Positions 54,904 through 64,000 are shown, counted from the first letter of the stretch. The stretch: DNA of 64,000 nucleotides from Myxococcota bacterium (GCA_965223705.1 OZ245015.1:2976001-3040000), one strand, 5' to 3'. Made by a program: numbers and translations. The notes: a model not told the origin generated them from the letters alone.

Positions 54904-56054
54904 GACCCAGGCTCCGCGATGAGCTCGGCCAATTGCTTCGGGTCGGCGAGCCCGAGGGTTTGCTGAACGTCGGGCCCGGTGCTCAACCACCCGAGCGGTG
55001 GCAGCGCGCCCGAGAGCAACAGATTCACGAGGTCGTGCCAGGCGTGCAGGCTCTCGGCCCGATTCGCAATGGTTGTGTCCGCTCGGATTTCTCGAAACGG
55101 TTTCAGATCGGCTTCGAGCTCCGCGCGACGGGTCGTAGCGGGTACGACCAAGTGGATGCCCGTACGCCGCCCCGAGATCGAACGGAGTTCAGACATCGCC
55201 GGATCTCGAATCGCGTCGGCGTGTATTTCAACGAACACGTGCCGGCGTCCCATCGCGCGAAGTGCGCCCCGAAGCTCGTCGAGGTGCCGGACGCGCTGGA
55301 AAGGAAGTGCGTTCCGGTGGCAGAAGGTGCGAAGAACGGCTTCGCGACCGTCGCGCGATTCGAGTGCGATCACCCCGATCTGTCGCCCGGGTTGGCTCCC
55401 GAGGGCCCGCGCGCCCGAGCGCATCCGCATTCCGACGAGCTTCGCGACACTCGTGGTCTTACCCGCGCCGAGGGGTCCGACCACAATCTCGTGCCGATAT
55501 CGACCGAGCGGCGTCACGCAGTGGCGTTCGAGGGCTTCTTCCAGTGTCAAGCGCAGCGCGCGGTCTTTCCCACCTCGGGCGGTGAAGTAGTGGAGCCGCT
55601 CTCGGAGCGGCTCGGCGACTTCGAGATCGAGTCCCGCGGCCAGAAGTGGGCACGGGGCGGACGGCTCCGCCGTGCGCTCCTTCAGCAACTGCTCGGTCAG
55701 CTCGCGAAGGGCTGCGACCTCCTCGGACAGCGTGTTCCCGGCGGCGCCCGAAACGTGTTGTACGGTGCGCGCCAACGAGCGGATCTCTTCTTCAAGAGGA
55801 GCCATCAGCGCCGTCAGCGACTGCGCCGTCGGCTTCGCCTCACGAGCGGCCCGCGACACGTCGCGCTGGTCTCCTTCCGGGGCTGCCGTTACCTCGCGCT
55901 GGTCTCCTTCCGGTGCTGCCATCACCTCGACGCGCGTCGCGCCGCCCGTGTCTCGTGTCTTCGTGGAAAGGATGAGCGCATTCGGGCCGAAGGCCTGACG
56001 GACCGACGCGATGGCCTCGGCCATGGTTTCGCCACTAAACTGCTGGATGCGCAT
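54900..56054 (-). CDS. flhF: FlhF-like SRP-type GTPase (degenerate)
   Basis: N-terminal F.GETM.EA...VR..FG..ALILST...VEV.AA, P-loop VGPLGAGKTT..KL and C-terminal STGPDV. Lies between flhA and flhG. Confidence 0.82.
   Translation of the reverse strand: MRIQQFSGETMAEAIASVRQAFGPNALILSTKTRDTGGATRVEVMAAPEGDQREVTAAPEGDQRDVSRAAREAKPTAQSLTALMAPLEEEIRSLARTVQHVSGAAGNTLSEEVAALRELTEQLLKERTAEPSAPCPLLAAGLDLEVAEPLRERLHYFTARGGKDRALRLTLEEALERHCVTPLGRYRHEIVVGPLGAGKTTSVAKLVGMRMRSGARALGSQPGRQIGVIALESRDGREAVLRTFCHRNALPFQRVRHLDELRGALRAMGRRHVFVEIHADAIRDPAMSELRSISGRRTGIHLVVPATTRRAELEADLKPFREIRADTTIANRAESLHAWHDLVNLLLSGALPPLGWLSTGPDVQQTLGLADPKQLAELIAEPGS
55861..55926. repeat. 33-bp in-frame tandem duplication in the flhF linker
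   Basis: TCGCGCTGGTCTCCTTCCGG(G/T)GCTGCC(GTT/ATC)ACC occurs twice, encoding EV(M/T)AAPEGDQR twice. Confidence 0.9.
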
Positions 56055-58107
56055 CGGCCAGCTCCACCCGTCCGGACGCGACGACACTCACGTCCGGCGG
56101 CAATTCGTTGTGCGAAAGGACGGCGAGCCGAGGCGCGACGCGTGCGATGAGCTGCCGCAGCGGCGCCCGAACGGCCTGTGAACACAGCAGAACGGGACCC
56201 GGCCCGTCGGGTTCGCTCGAAGAGTCTTGGCACGCCGATTCGATTCCGCGTACGACGCGATCGAGCGTTCTCGGATCCACCGTCAGGAGCGACCCGCCTT
56301 CCGTGTGCTTCACCCCGGCGCCGAGTTGCTCTTCGGTCTGTGCGTCGAGGGTGATCACTCGCAGTCGCCGCCCGGCGTCGAGATGAGGTTCTACCACGGT
56401 GCGAGCGAGACGTTCTCGAACGAGATCGGTGAGCAAGTCGGGATCGTTGAGTTTTCCCGCGTATTCGGCGAGCGTCTCGAGAATGGCCCCCAAGTCTCGT
56501 ATCGACACGCTTTCCTGGAGCAGCGCCCGAAGTGTGTGATGTAGGACCGACACGCTGACAACCGAGGGGACGATCTCCTCCACCACTTTGGGTGCCGTCT
56601 CGGCAAAGCTGTCGAGCAGTTCGCGGACCTGTTGGCGGGAGAGAAGCTCTGGTGCGTGGCTGCGGATCACTTCCGCGATGTGTGTCGCGAGCGCCGACGA
56701 CGCATCGACGACCGCGTAGCCGAGATTTTGCGCGCGCTCCCGGTCGCGCTCTTGGATCCACACCGCGGGGAGACCGAAGGCCGCGTCCTTCGTCTCGATT
56801 CCGTCGATCTTCGCCGTGTCGCCGCCGGGGGACAAGGCGAGGAGACGACCGGGCGGTATCTGACCACCGGCTACGCGATTGCCGCGCACTAAAACTCCGT
56901 ACTCTTCGGGGGCAAGCTTCAGGTTGTCTCGAATGTGGATCAACGGAATAACGAAGCCGAGCTCGCTCGCGAGCTTCTTTCGCGTTGCGCGAATTCTCGG
57001 AAGGAGATCGCCGCCTCGGCCAGCATCGACGAGGGGAATGAGCCCGTAGCCGATCTCGAGCTCGAGGTCGTCGAGATTCAGCGCTGCCCGGACTTCGTCT
57101 TCCGCATCGGGCTGCGCGTCACCGGCGTCAGTGTCCGGCAAGTCGGCGTCGCTCGCCGCCGGCTCGGGCGCGAAAAATCCAGCGGCTGCTGCAGCCCCAG
57201 CCAAAACCGCGAAGGGGAGGAAGGGAAGCGCGGGAACGAGCGCGAGCGTTCCCAACATGGCGGCGGTGCCGTACATAGCGCGCGGCTGGAAAAGAATCTG
57301 GTCGCGAATTTCGGAGCCGAGAGCTTCGCCACCCGCAGCCCGACTGACGACCATACCCGCGGCCGTGGAGACAACCAGGGCCGGCACCTGCCCGACCAAC
57401 CCGTCGCCGACCGTCAGAATCGTGTAGGTCTCGAGCGCTTCGCCGATGGGCATACCGCCTTGTGCGACGCCGACGAGAAGACCACCCACGATGTTGACGA
57501 CCATGATCAAGAGCCCGGCGATCGCGTCGCCTTTTACGAATTTGCTCGCACCGTCCATCGCACCGTAGAAGTCGGCCTCGCGTTGGATATCGTGGCGTCG
57601 CGTGCGCGCTTCGGCGTCGTCGAGAATTCCCTGATTGAGGTCGGCGTCGATCGCCATCTGTTTGCCGGGCATGGCGTCCAGCGTAAAGCGCGCCGCGACC
57701 TCGGCGATGCGTCCTGAGCCTTTGGCGATCACGAGGAAATTAATGGCGACAAAGATCAGAAAGAGAATGATGCCGACGACGTAGTTTCCGCCCACGGCGA
57801 GATCGCCGAACGATTGAATGACCGCACCGGCCGCGCCCTCCCCCTCGCCGCCGTGGCCCAAGATGAGGCGCGTGCTGGCCACGTTGAGCCCGAGACGGAA
57901 GAGCGTGACCATCAGCAGGAGTGACGGGAACACCGAGAAGTCGAGTGGTCGCTCCGTATAGAGTGCGATCAACAGAATCAGCACGGAAGCCGTGATGGAG
58001 ACGGACAAGAAGAGATCGAGGACCACGGGAGGGAGCGGGACCACCAACAGCGCGAGGATCCAGAAGAACGCGACCGCCAAGCCCAACTCGGTGCGCTGCA
58101 ACTTCAT
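56035..58107 (-). CDS. flhA: Flagellar export gate protein
   Basis: RIAEVAARFTLDAMPGKQMAIDAD, FYGAMDGASKFVKGDAIAG and LEIGYGLIPLVD. Confidence 0.97.
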   Translation of the reverse strand: MKLQRTELGLAVAFFWILALLVVPLPPVVLDLFLSVSITASVLILLIALYTERPLDFSVFPSLLLMVTLFRLGLNVASTRLILGHGGEGEGAAGAVIQSFGDLAVGGNYVVGIILFLIFVAINFLVIAKGSGRIAEVAARFTLDAMPGKQMAIDADLNQGILDDAEARTRRHDIQREADFYGAMDGASKFVKGDAIAGLLIMVVNIVGGLLVGVAQGGMPIGEALETYTILTVGDGLVGQVPALVVSTAAGMVVSRAAGGEALGSEIRDQILFQPRAMYGTAAMLGTLALVPALPFLPFAVLAGAAAAAGFFAPEPAASDADLPDTDAGDAQPDAEDEVRAALNLDDLELEIGYGLIPLVDAGRGGDLLPRIRATRKKLASELGFVIPLIHIRDNLKLAPEEYGVLVRGNRVAGGQIPPGRLLALSPGGDTAKIDGIETKDAAFGLPAVWIQERDRERAQNLGYAVVDASSALATHIAEVIRSHAPELLSRQQVRELLDSFAETAPKVVEEIVPSVVSVSVLHHTLRALLQESVSIRDLGAILETLAEYAGKLNDPDLLTDLVRERLARTVVEPHLDAGRRLRVITLDAQTEEQLGAGVKHTEGGSLLTVDPRTLDRVVRGIESACQDSSSEPDGPGPVLLCSQAVRAPLRQLIARVAPRLAVLSHNELPPDVSVVASGRVELADAHPAV

Positions 58108-58135
58108 CGTCCCGCCTCGCTAGCCGACGCACGTC

Positions 58136-59224
58136 TCATCGCTGCGTACCCCACGCGTCCTGCTTCCCCCGCCCGACGCGGTGCAGATACGCCAGGACTT
58201 CCGCGACGGCTTGGTAGAGGCTCTCCGGGATTTCCTTGCCCACGACGGTCGTCTGGTAGAGCGTTCGCGCCACCGGCGGATTCTCGACGAGGGGGACCCC
58301 GTGCTGGCTTGCCACTTCGCGAATACGCAGCGCGACATGGCCCCGCCCTTTGGCGATCACCCTCGGCGCCCCCATCGCCTCGCTCCGGTACGTGAGCGCC
58401 ACCGACACGTGGGTCGGATTCGTGATCACCACGTCGGCTTCCGCGACCGCCGCGATCATCCGCTGACGCGTCAATTCGCGGTGGAGAGACCGGAACCGCT
58501 GACGCACCTGCGGGCTGCCCTCGCGCTGTTTCGCCTCTTCACGCACTTCGTGGCGCGACATCCGGAGCTTGCGCTCGTTTCGAAAACGCTGGTACGCGAA
58601 ATCCCCGAGCGCTGCGAAGAACAAGACCACGAGGATGGTCGCCGCCAGCTCCCAAGCGAGCTCGCTCACGAAACGTAGGGTCTGGCCGGGTAGAGTTCCG
58701 GCGAGGCCGATGATCTGGGGAATCAGAGCGGACAAGAACATCCACGCAGCCGTGCCGACGACGGTCATCTTGACGACCGACTTCGCGAGATCGAAAAGGC
58801 GGTCGCCGTTGACCAAGCGCCCGAGACCGCGAACGGGATGCAGACGCTCCCAGCGAACCTTGAGCGCCTTCGTCGACAACAGAGGGCCCGTTTGCGCCAT
58901 GGGGGCCGCGATCCCAGCGACCAGGGCGACCGTCAGAATCGGGATCAGGGCGCCCGCAATCGGTACGGCGTAGAACATCAAAACGGCGTGAAAGTCCGTG
59001 ATTTCCGAAGGTCGAATCGACTGGCCGCCCCAGAGCTGCTGTGCGGCGCCGATCATCGCGGTCCCCAGGCCGCCTTCGGCGGCGATTCGAACCGCCGCGA
59101 ACATCGCCGCCAGAACCAGCACGGCGCTCAGTTCTCGGCTCTGGGCGACCTCACCCCGCGAGCGAGCTTCTTCTCGTCGTTTCGGCGTCGCCGGTTCGGT
59201 GCGTTCCGCTTGCTCTTCGGCCAC
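58136..59224 (-). CDS. flhB: Flagellar export switch protein
   Basis: RTEPATPKR, EGSP, the NPTH autocleavage motif and AVAEVL. Confidence 0.96.
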   Translation of the reverse strand: MAEEQAERTEPATPKRREEARSRGEVAQSRELSAVLVLAAMFAAVRIAAEGGLGTAMIGAAQQLWGGQSIRPSEITDFHAVLMFYAVPIAGALIPILTVALVAGIAAPMAQTGPLLSTKALKVRWERLHPVRGLGRLVNGDRLFDLAKSVVKMTVVGTAAWMFLSALIPQIIGLAGTLPGQTLRFVSELAWELAATILVVLFFAALGDFAYQRFRNERKLRMSRHEVREEAKQREGSPQVRQRFRSLHRELTRQRMIAAVAEADVVITNPTHVSVALTYRSEAMGAPRVIAKGRGHVALRIREVASQHGVPLVENPPVARTLYQTTVVGKEIPESLYQAVAEVLAYLHRVGRGKQDAWGTQR

Positions 59225-59227
59225 AGC

Positions 59228-60004
59228 CTACTCCGAGACCAACGAGCCGATGTCGGCGACGACGGTGGTCAGCGCCGCCGTCATCTGTTCGGTGAGTGGT
59301 CCGGCACCCAGCCCGAGGAGCAAAAGGGTCACCGCGATATGAGCGGGAAGTTGCAGCGCGATCAGGTTGAGCTGCGGGATGGTCCGGCCGAGGATCCCCA
59401 CGGCGACGTTCGACGCCAGCATCGCGACGACCACCGGCGCTGCCAACGAGACCGCGACCTCAAAGATGATGTGGCCCAGGGCGACGACACCGGCGAATAC
59501 CCCGTGGAGGTCTCTCCAGGCCGTTCCGATCGGCAGCGCGGCGAAAGACGACACCACCACAGCCAAAACCTGGTGGTGCCCGTCCACGGCCAAGAACAGG
59601 AAAAGACCGATGACCTGAATGAGAGATGTCAGGACGACGGTCGAGATTCCGCTGGTCGGATCGATGGCGTTCGCCGCTCCGAGGCCACCTTGGATCGCGA
59701 TGAACTCCGCCATCATGCCGAACCCCGCGAAAGCGAATCCGGCCGCGATGCCGATCGCGCTTCCGATGACCGCTTCCCGTACGAGCCATCCGGCGACGAC
59801 CAGACTCGGCGAATCCCAGCCGCCGTCCATCGCGAGCCTCGGATCGCCGATGAGCGACATCGTGAAAGCCACAGCCAAGGCCAGCCGGTACTTGCGGGGG
59901 ATGGCTCGGTGGCTGAAGAGAGGCGCTGTAAAGACGACGGCGGTGATGCGAACACCGGCTAGAGCGTGGGTCAGCACCCAGTCGGACGGGAGCTCGACGT
60001 TCAT
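59228..60004 (-). CDS. fliR: Flagellar export protein
   Basis: R......APLF, E..IG..IG, DGHH and GR.IPQLN. ATG 60004 overlaps the fliQ stop. Confidence 0.92.
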   Translation of the reverse strand: MNVELPSDWVLTHALAGVRITAVVFTAPLFSHRAIPRKYRLALAVAFTMSLIGDPRLAMDGGWDSPSLVVAGWLVREAVIGSAIGIAAGFAFAGFGMMAEFIAIQGGLGAANAIDPTSGISTVVLTSLIQVIGLFLFLAVDGHHQVLAVVVSSFAALPIGTAWRDLHGVFAGVVALGHIIFEVAVSLAAPVVVAMLASNVAVGILGRTIPQLNLIALQLPAHIAVTLLLLGLGAGPLTEQMTAALTTVVADIGSLVSE

Positions 60005-60270
60005 GGCACCGCCGACCCGGCCTGGACGATGAGCCGAGTCCCGAACTCGACCAAATGGCCCATGATCCATGGGAACAGCCACGCGAACGTGGCCAGGGTG
60101 AGCACGATCTTCGGGACGAACGTCAGCGTCTGCTCATTGATCTGAGTCGCCGCCTGAAAAATCGAGATGAACAGACCCGAGAAGAGAGCGATGGCGAGAA
60201 CCGGAGAAGCCAAGAGCAGACTCACCCGTACGGTCTCTTGAAGCAGGGTACTGACTTCCTCGACGGTCAT
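60001..60270 (-). CDS. fliQ: Flagellar export protein
   Basis: SIFQAATQINEQTLTFVPK. Confidence 0.96.
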   Translation of the reverse strand: MTVEEVSTLLQETVRVSLLLASPVLAIALFSGLFISIFQAATQINEQTLTFVPKIVLTLATFAWLFPWIMGHLVEFGTRLIVQAGSAVP

Positions 60271-60273
60271 CGC

Positions 60274-61332
60274 TCACATCAATCCTTCGACGAGCGATCC
60301 GATCACGAGATTCCATCCGTCGAGAAGTACGAACAGCATCAGCTTGAACGGCAGGGAGATCACGATCGGCGGAAGGACGATCATGCCCATCGAAATCAGC
60401 ATCGACGCGATCACGAGATCGATCACCAGAAACGGGAGATAGATCGTAAACCCGATTTCGAAAGCCGTTCTGAGTTCACTCATCATGTACGCCGGAAGCA
60501 GCTGCGTCATCGGGATTGCGTCGGGGCGGGTGTCCCCGTCAACCGGGCGTTCAAACAACGCGAGATCGGATTCGCGCGTGAAGTTCGCGAGAAATCCGCG
60601 GATCGGTTGCATCGCCTTTGTGAGCGCTTCCTCGGGTTCCATTTCTCCGGCGACGTAGGGCTCGTAGGCTTCCACCCGAACCACTTCCGCGACGGGCGAC
60701 ATCACGTAGAACGTCGTGAAGAGGGCGAGCCCGACGAGGACTTGATTCGGCGGCAGTTGCTGGACCCCGATCGCCTGACGAAGGAGTGCCAGAACAATGA
60801 CGATCCGCGTGAAACACGTCCCCATGAGGAGCAGGGACGGAGCGACCGTCACGAGACTCAGGAAAACGACGGTCTGAATCGTCGAAGACAGCCCACCGGG
60901 TGACACGGCCTCGTCACTCCCGATCTGGATGGAGATCGTCTCTGCGGACGTACCGGTCGCCAGAAGCAACACACACGCCACCACGCTGACGACGAGCGTC
61001 ACGAGCCGAAGCTCGCGTTGTGTTCCGGTCGACTCGGGCGCCGCTCCCGCCGCGCGATCCCCGCCACCCGGTGCCGGTGCCGTGCTGGGAAGCCGCGAGC
61101 GAAGGACTTCGACTCCGGAATCGCTACTAGCGATGAGCAGGGGTTCTCCGCGGCACTCGACGAGGTGAATGCGATGCTTGGTCGATAACGCGCGGCTTTC
61201 GAGGATTGCGAGCTCCTGCCCTGCGACCCGACGGTTTGCCTGGAATCGCGACAGGACGGCCCGGAGCACGCCGAGCGCCCCGAGGGTCAAGATGATGGGC
61301 GTCAGAATGTCGCCGAGCGTCGACCCGTTCAT
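60274..61332 (-). CDS. fliP: FliO-FliP fusion protein
   Basis: N-terminal TM + ILESRALSTKHRIHLVE..G..LLI (FliO). C-terminal FTRIVIVL..LRQAIG.QQLPPNQ...SEL..AF.IGF...PFKLMLFVLLDGW (FliP). One ORF from ATG 61332. Confidence 0.88.
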   Translation of the reverse strand: MNGSTLGDILTPIILTLGALGVLRAVLSRFQANRRVAGQELAILESRALSTKHRIHLVECRGEPLLIASSDSGVEVLRSRLPSTAPAPGGGDRAAGAAPESTGTQRELRLVTLVVSVVACVLLLATGTSAETISIQIGSDEAVSPGGLSSTIQTVVFLSLVTVAPSLLLMGTCFTRIVIVLALLRQAIGVQQLPPNQVLVGLALFTTFYVMSPVAEVVRVEAYEPYVAGEMEPEEALTKAMQPIRGFLANFTRESDLALFERPVDGDTRPDAIPMTQLLPAYMMSELRTAFEIGFTIYLPFLVIDLVIASMLISMGMIVLPPIVISLPFKLMLFVLLDGWNLVIGSLVEGLM

Positions 61333-61658
61333 TCCTTCCCCGCTACGGACTTTCCGGTCTGCTCCCCGACAATCTCGGAGATCTGGACGACCAATCGTTC
61401 GTCGACGACAGTCACCTCGCCCCGGGCGATCAATTTTCCGTTGACGAAGACCTCCGCGGGATCGTTCGCCGTTCGATCGAGCTCCACCACGGAGCCTTCC
61501 TTGAGCTGCAGGACTTCGCGGACCAACAACTTCGCTCCGCCCACTTCGACCGACAGCGCCAGCGGCACGTCGATCACGAAGTCGAATGCGGGCCCTGTCG
61601 CCGGCTCGGGCGACGGTTCGGGTGCGGAGGCTTCCGGCTGTTGTTCTCGATCCGCCAT
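61329..61658 (-). CDS. fliN: Flagellar motor switch protein
   Basis: DVPL.LSVEVG, GSVVELDR and NGKLIARGEV.VV. Confidence 0.95.
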   Translation of the reverse strand: MADREQQPEASAPEPSPEPATGPAFDFVIDVPLALSVEVGGAKLLVREVLQLKEGSVVELDRTANDPAEVFVNGKLIARGEVTVVDERLVVQISEIVGEQTGKSVAGKE

Positions 61659-61664
61659 AACTTC

Positions 61665-62585
61665 CTACTCCGCGCTCACGCGCCCGCTGATCCGCACCGC
61701 ACGTTGGCCTCCCACCGCGCCGGGCACGCCGGTGAACTTGGGACATCCGCCGACGAACACGACGACGCCTCCGTCGCGACCGCCGTCGAGCGGCAACACG
61801 TCGCCGCGGCGGAGCCGCGCGATCTGTGACAGGGAAATCGTGCCTGTCGCGAGCTGCGCGCGAAGTTCGATCGGTGTCTGCCGCACGAGTGCCTGGACGC
61901 CGCTATACGTCGCGGAGTCTTCGTCACCGGGCAGATCCGGTGCCGCCCCAACCAGCTCGGCGGGAAACAAGCAGTGGATGTGCCCCGTTTCCGCGAAGCC
62001 TTCCATCAGAAACTTCGCGTGGCGCATGGCTCCCTGCGGCGGCGCACTCGCGAGTTTTTCGGGGCTAGCCGTACTCTCGATCCGCATCTCGAGCGGCTTC
62101 CACTCGCGCGCTGCGGACGCGAGTTGCTGCGCCCACTCACTCGAGATACGCAGCAGGAAACGCTCTTCGACCCTCGAAACAGGACGCTCGGGTATGACGA
62201 CGGGGACGCTTGCTCGGGCGCCGAATGCGCGGTTCAACCACGCGTAGAAGAGCGGCCGCTCGAAACGCAGGTAGGCCTTCGCGCGACTACCCGCAAAACC
62301 GATGAGGGTGACCCGTTCCTCCGCTTCGCACGCTTCCACAAACGCCTCGTTCGTGGTGGGCTCTTCGGGCAGAAGCGATACGCGGATCATCGCCTGATAG
62401 AGTGTGGACAGCATTCGCGAGTGCTGATCCGCCATGAGCTCCAGGCTCCGTAAGTAGCCCGAGTCATCGACCCCGCCGCTGGCGCGCGCAAAGGGAACGC
62501 CCGTCGGTCCGCCGGCTCCGGGCCCCGCGAGGCTCTCGACCTCGTCCGCGGACAGGCGGGTTCCTTCTTCGGTTTCAGCGGTCAT
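61665..62585 (-). CDS. fliM: FliM-like switch protein (divergent)
   Basis: N-terminal LSADEVESL and C-terminal SpoA domain (L..GDVL.L...VGG..KF.G.PG). Lies between fliL and fliN. Confidence 0.78.
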   Translation of the reverse strand: MTAETEEGTRLSADEVESLAGPGAGGPTGVPFARASGGVDDSGYLRSLELMADQHSRMLSTLYQAMIRVSLLPEEPTTNEAFVEACEAEERVTLIGFAGSRAKAYLRFERPLFYAWLNRAFGARASVPVVIPERPVSRVEERFLLRISSEWAQQLASAAREWKPLEMRIESTASPEKLASAPPQGAMRHAKFLMEGFAETGHIHCLFPAELVGAAPDLPGDEDSATYSGVQALVRQTPIELRAQLATGTISLSQIARLRRGDVLPLDGGRDGGVVVFVGGCPKFTGVPGAVGGQRAVRISGRVSAE

Positions 62586-63103
62586 TGCACCACGAGTTCG
62601 GTGAACAGAACAGAGTTCACCTGCCCCGTTTGTAGGATCCCGTTGATTCGGTTGCGGATGTCGTCCTTGAGCAGCGCTTTCCCTTCGAACTCACTGATGT
62701 CCGTCAGGCGCTTGCTCGACAACAAGAGAATGATCGTGTCCCGCACCTGGGCGAGACGCTGTTCGGCCTCTTCGGTCGTCTCCGTTTTGTCGAGCTCCAG
62801 TTCGAGTTTCAGCTTGAGGTAACGCGGATAGCCCTCGCTGGTTATATTGACGACGAACGGGTCGAGTTCGAAGACCCGCTCGCTGAACTTCTCGGTTTCC
62901 GCCGGAGCTTCGGCTTCTTCACCGGCCTCGGCGGCCGCTTCTGCTGCGGCGGCTTCCGCCTCCGCCGCCTTGCTCCCGGCGAGGAACATTCCGCCGCCGA
63001 CACCGCCGCCCGCAGACACGAGCGCGATGATGAGAATGAGCAACCACGGCTTACCCGGCGCAGCCGCTTCTTCGGAGGCTTCGGTTTCTTCGTTGTCAGC
63101 CAT
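62582..63103 (-). CDS. fliL: Flagellar basal-body-associated protein
   Basis: Single TM, LDPFVVN, RYLK, VRD.II.LLS.K, EGK..LK..I...IN and FTELVVQ. Confidence 0.95.
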   Translation of the reverse strand: MADNEETEASEEAAAPGKPWLLILIIALVSAGGGVGGGMFLAGSKAAEAEAAAAEAAAEAGEEAEAPAETEKFSERVFELDPFVVNITSEGYPRYLKLKLELELDKTETTEEAEQRLAQVRDTIILLLSSKRLTDISEFEGKALLKDDIRNRINGILQTGQVNSVLFTELVVQ

Positions 63104-63120
63104 CGCCTCGTTATCCCTTC

Positions 63121-64000
63121 CTAGCCTCTGAGTATCGAGTCATCGCGGACGATCTCGTTTCCGCGAGGGGCTTCGACGCCGAACTCCTTGAGCCTCCGCC
63201 ACAACGTCGTCGTCGAAATCTGCAACAGTTCGGCTGCTCGCTTGCGATTCCAACCCACTCGTTCGAGGGTCCGGAGAATGTGCTGACGTTCGAGTCCGGG
63301 AAGACTCTGGATCGCGTCCGGAACTTCTCGTTGACTTTCCGGTGCGCGCAAGCGCTTCGGGAGATCCGTGACCTGGAGGAAAGGCGTCCGAGCCAAGGCG
63401 ACGCCTCGTTCGATCGCGTTCTCGAGTTCGCGAACGTTGCCGGGCCACCGGTAAGCCAGCAGGAGTTGCCGCGCTTCCGGATCGATTCCCCGCAGCGAGC
63501 GACCACTCTTCTCGCACATTCGCGCCAGGAAGTGATCTGCCAAAATCGAAATATCGTCGAGCCGCTCACGCAGCGGAGGCACGCGGAGGGGAATGACAGC
63601 GAGCCGGTAGTAGAGGTCTTCGCGGAATCGACCGGCGGCGACCTCTTCTTCCAGGTCTTTGTTCGTGGCCGCGACGAGCCGAACATCGACGATTCGGGTC
63701 GCTTCACCGCCTACGGGTCGCACCTCCCCGGTCTGAAGAAATCGCAGAAGCTTGGCCTGCATCGGCAACGGCATCTCGGCGACTTCGTCGAGGAAGACGG
63801 TCCCCCCGTCCGCCTGCTCGAACAATCCCTTCGTATTCGCGGCGGCGCCCGTGAAAGCGCCCTTGCGATGCCCGAACAACTCGCTCTCGAGCAGCGTCTC
63901 GGGGAACGCGGCGGAATTTACAGCGCACAGGATCCGGTCCCGGCGGCGGCTCATCTGGTGGATGGCGCGACCCACCAGCTCTTTTCCCGTGCCCGTCTCG
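63121..64000 (-). CDS. Sigma-54-dependent transcriptional activator (AAA+ + HTH), 5' end outside the window
   Basis: ETGTGKEL at the window edge, ESELFGH.KGAFTGA, FLDEV, RFREDLYYRL, WPGNVRELEN and an HTH. Confidence 0.93.
   Translation of the reverse strand, partial: ETGTGKELVGRAIHQMSRRRDRILCAVNSAAFPETLLESELFGHRKGAFTGAAANTKGLFEQADGGTVFLDEVAEMPLPMQAKLLRFLQTGEVRPVGGEATRIVDVRLVAATNKDLEEEVAAGRFREDLYYRLAVIPLRVPPLRERLDDISILADHFLARMCEKSGRSLRGIDPEARQLLLAYRWPGNVRELENAIERGVALARTPFLQVTDLPKRLRAPESQREVPDAIQSLPGLERQHILRTLERVGWNRKRAAELLQISTTTLWRRLKEFGVEAPRGNEIVRDDSILRG

Noticed and set aside
56035..61332. Non-flagellar injectisome interpretation of the export genes
   Set aside because: Flagellin, hook, rod and L/P-ring genes are present, and no secretin, needle or translocon genes were seen.

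Overview
This is GC-rich bacterial DNA from a diderm organism (FlgH and FlgI are present). Gene content and order suggest Myxococcota or another deltaproteobacterial-type lineage; this placement is inference only. The left 25.6 kb holds metabolic and lipid genes: a TPP-dependent dehydrogenase E1 alpha/beta pair, two acyl-CoA synthetases, a LolA-like/MMPL-cNMP/SDR/MaoC operon, a secreted beta-helix-like protein, an arsM-arsS pair, and a patatin + alkyl-DHAP synthase (AGPS) + fatty acyl-CoA reductase/acyltransferase-like cluster that resembles the eukaryotic peroxisomal ether-lipid pathway. The right 38.4 kb is one large, mostly minus-strand flagellar cluster. Its axial and export genes are intact, but it is rewired: no motAB, fliA, flgM or che genes lie in the window; flagellin has a sigma-54 promoter and a GGA-rich leader; fliJ-motE and fliO-fliP are fused; the sensor kinase/activator pair and FlhF are degenerate; and flhG is frameshifted in its Walker A motif. 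A divergent GNAT gene, a PilZ gene and a GGDEF gene are embedded in the cluster. No rRNA, tRNA, CRISPR array or mobile element was recognised. All calls come from reading motifs by eye; no database searches were run.
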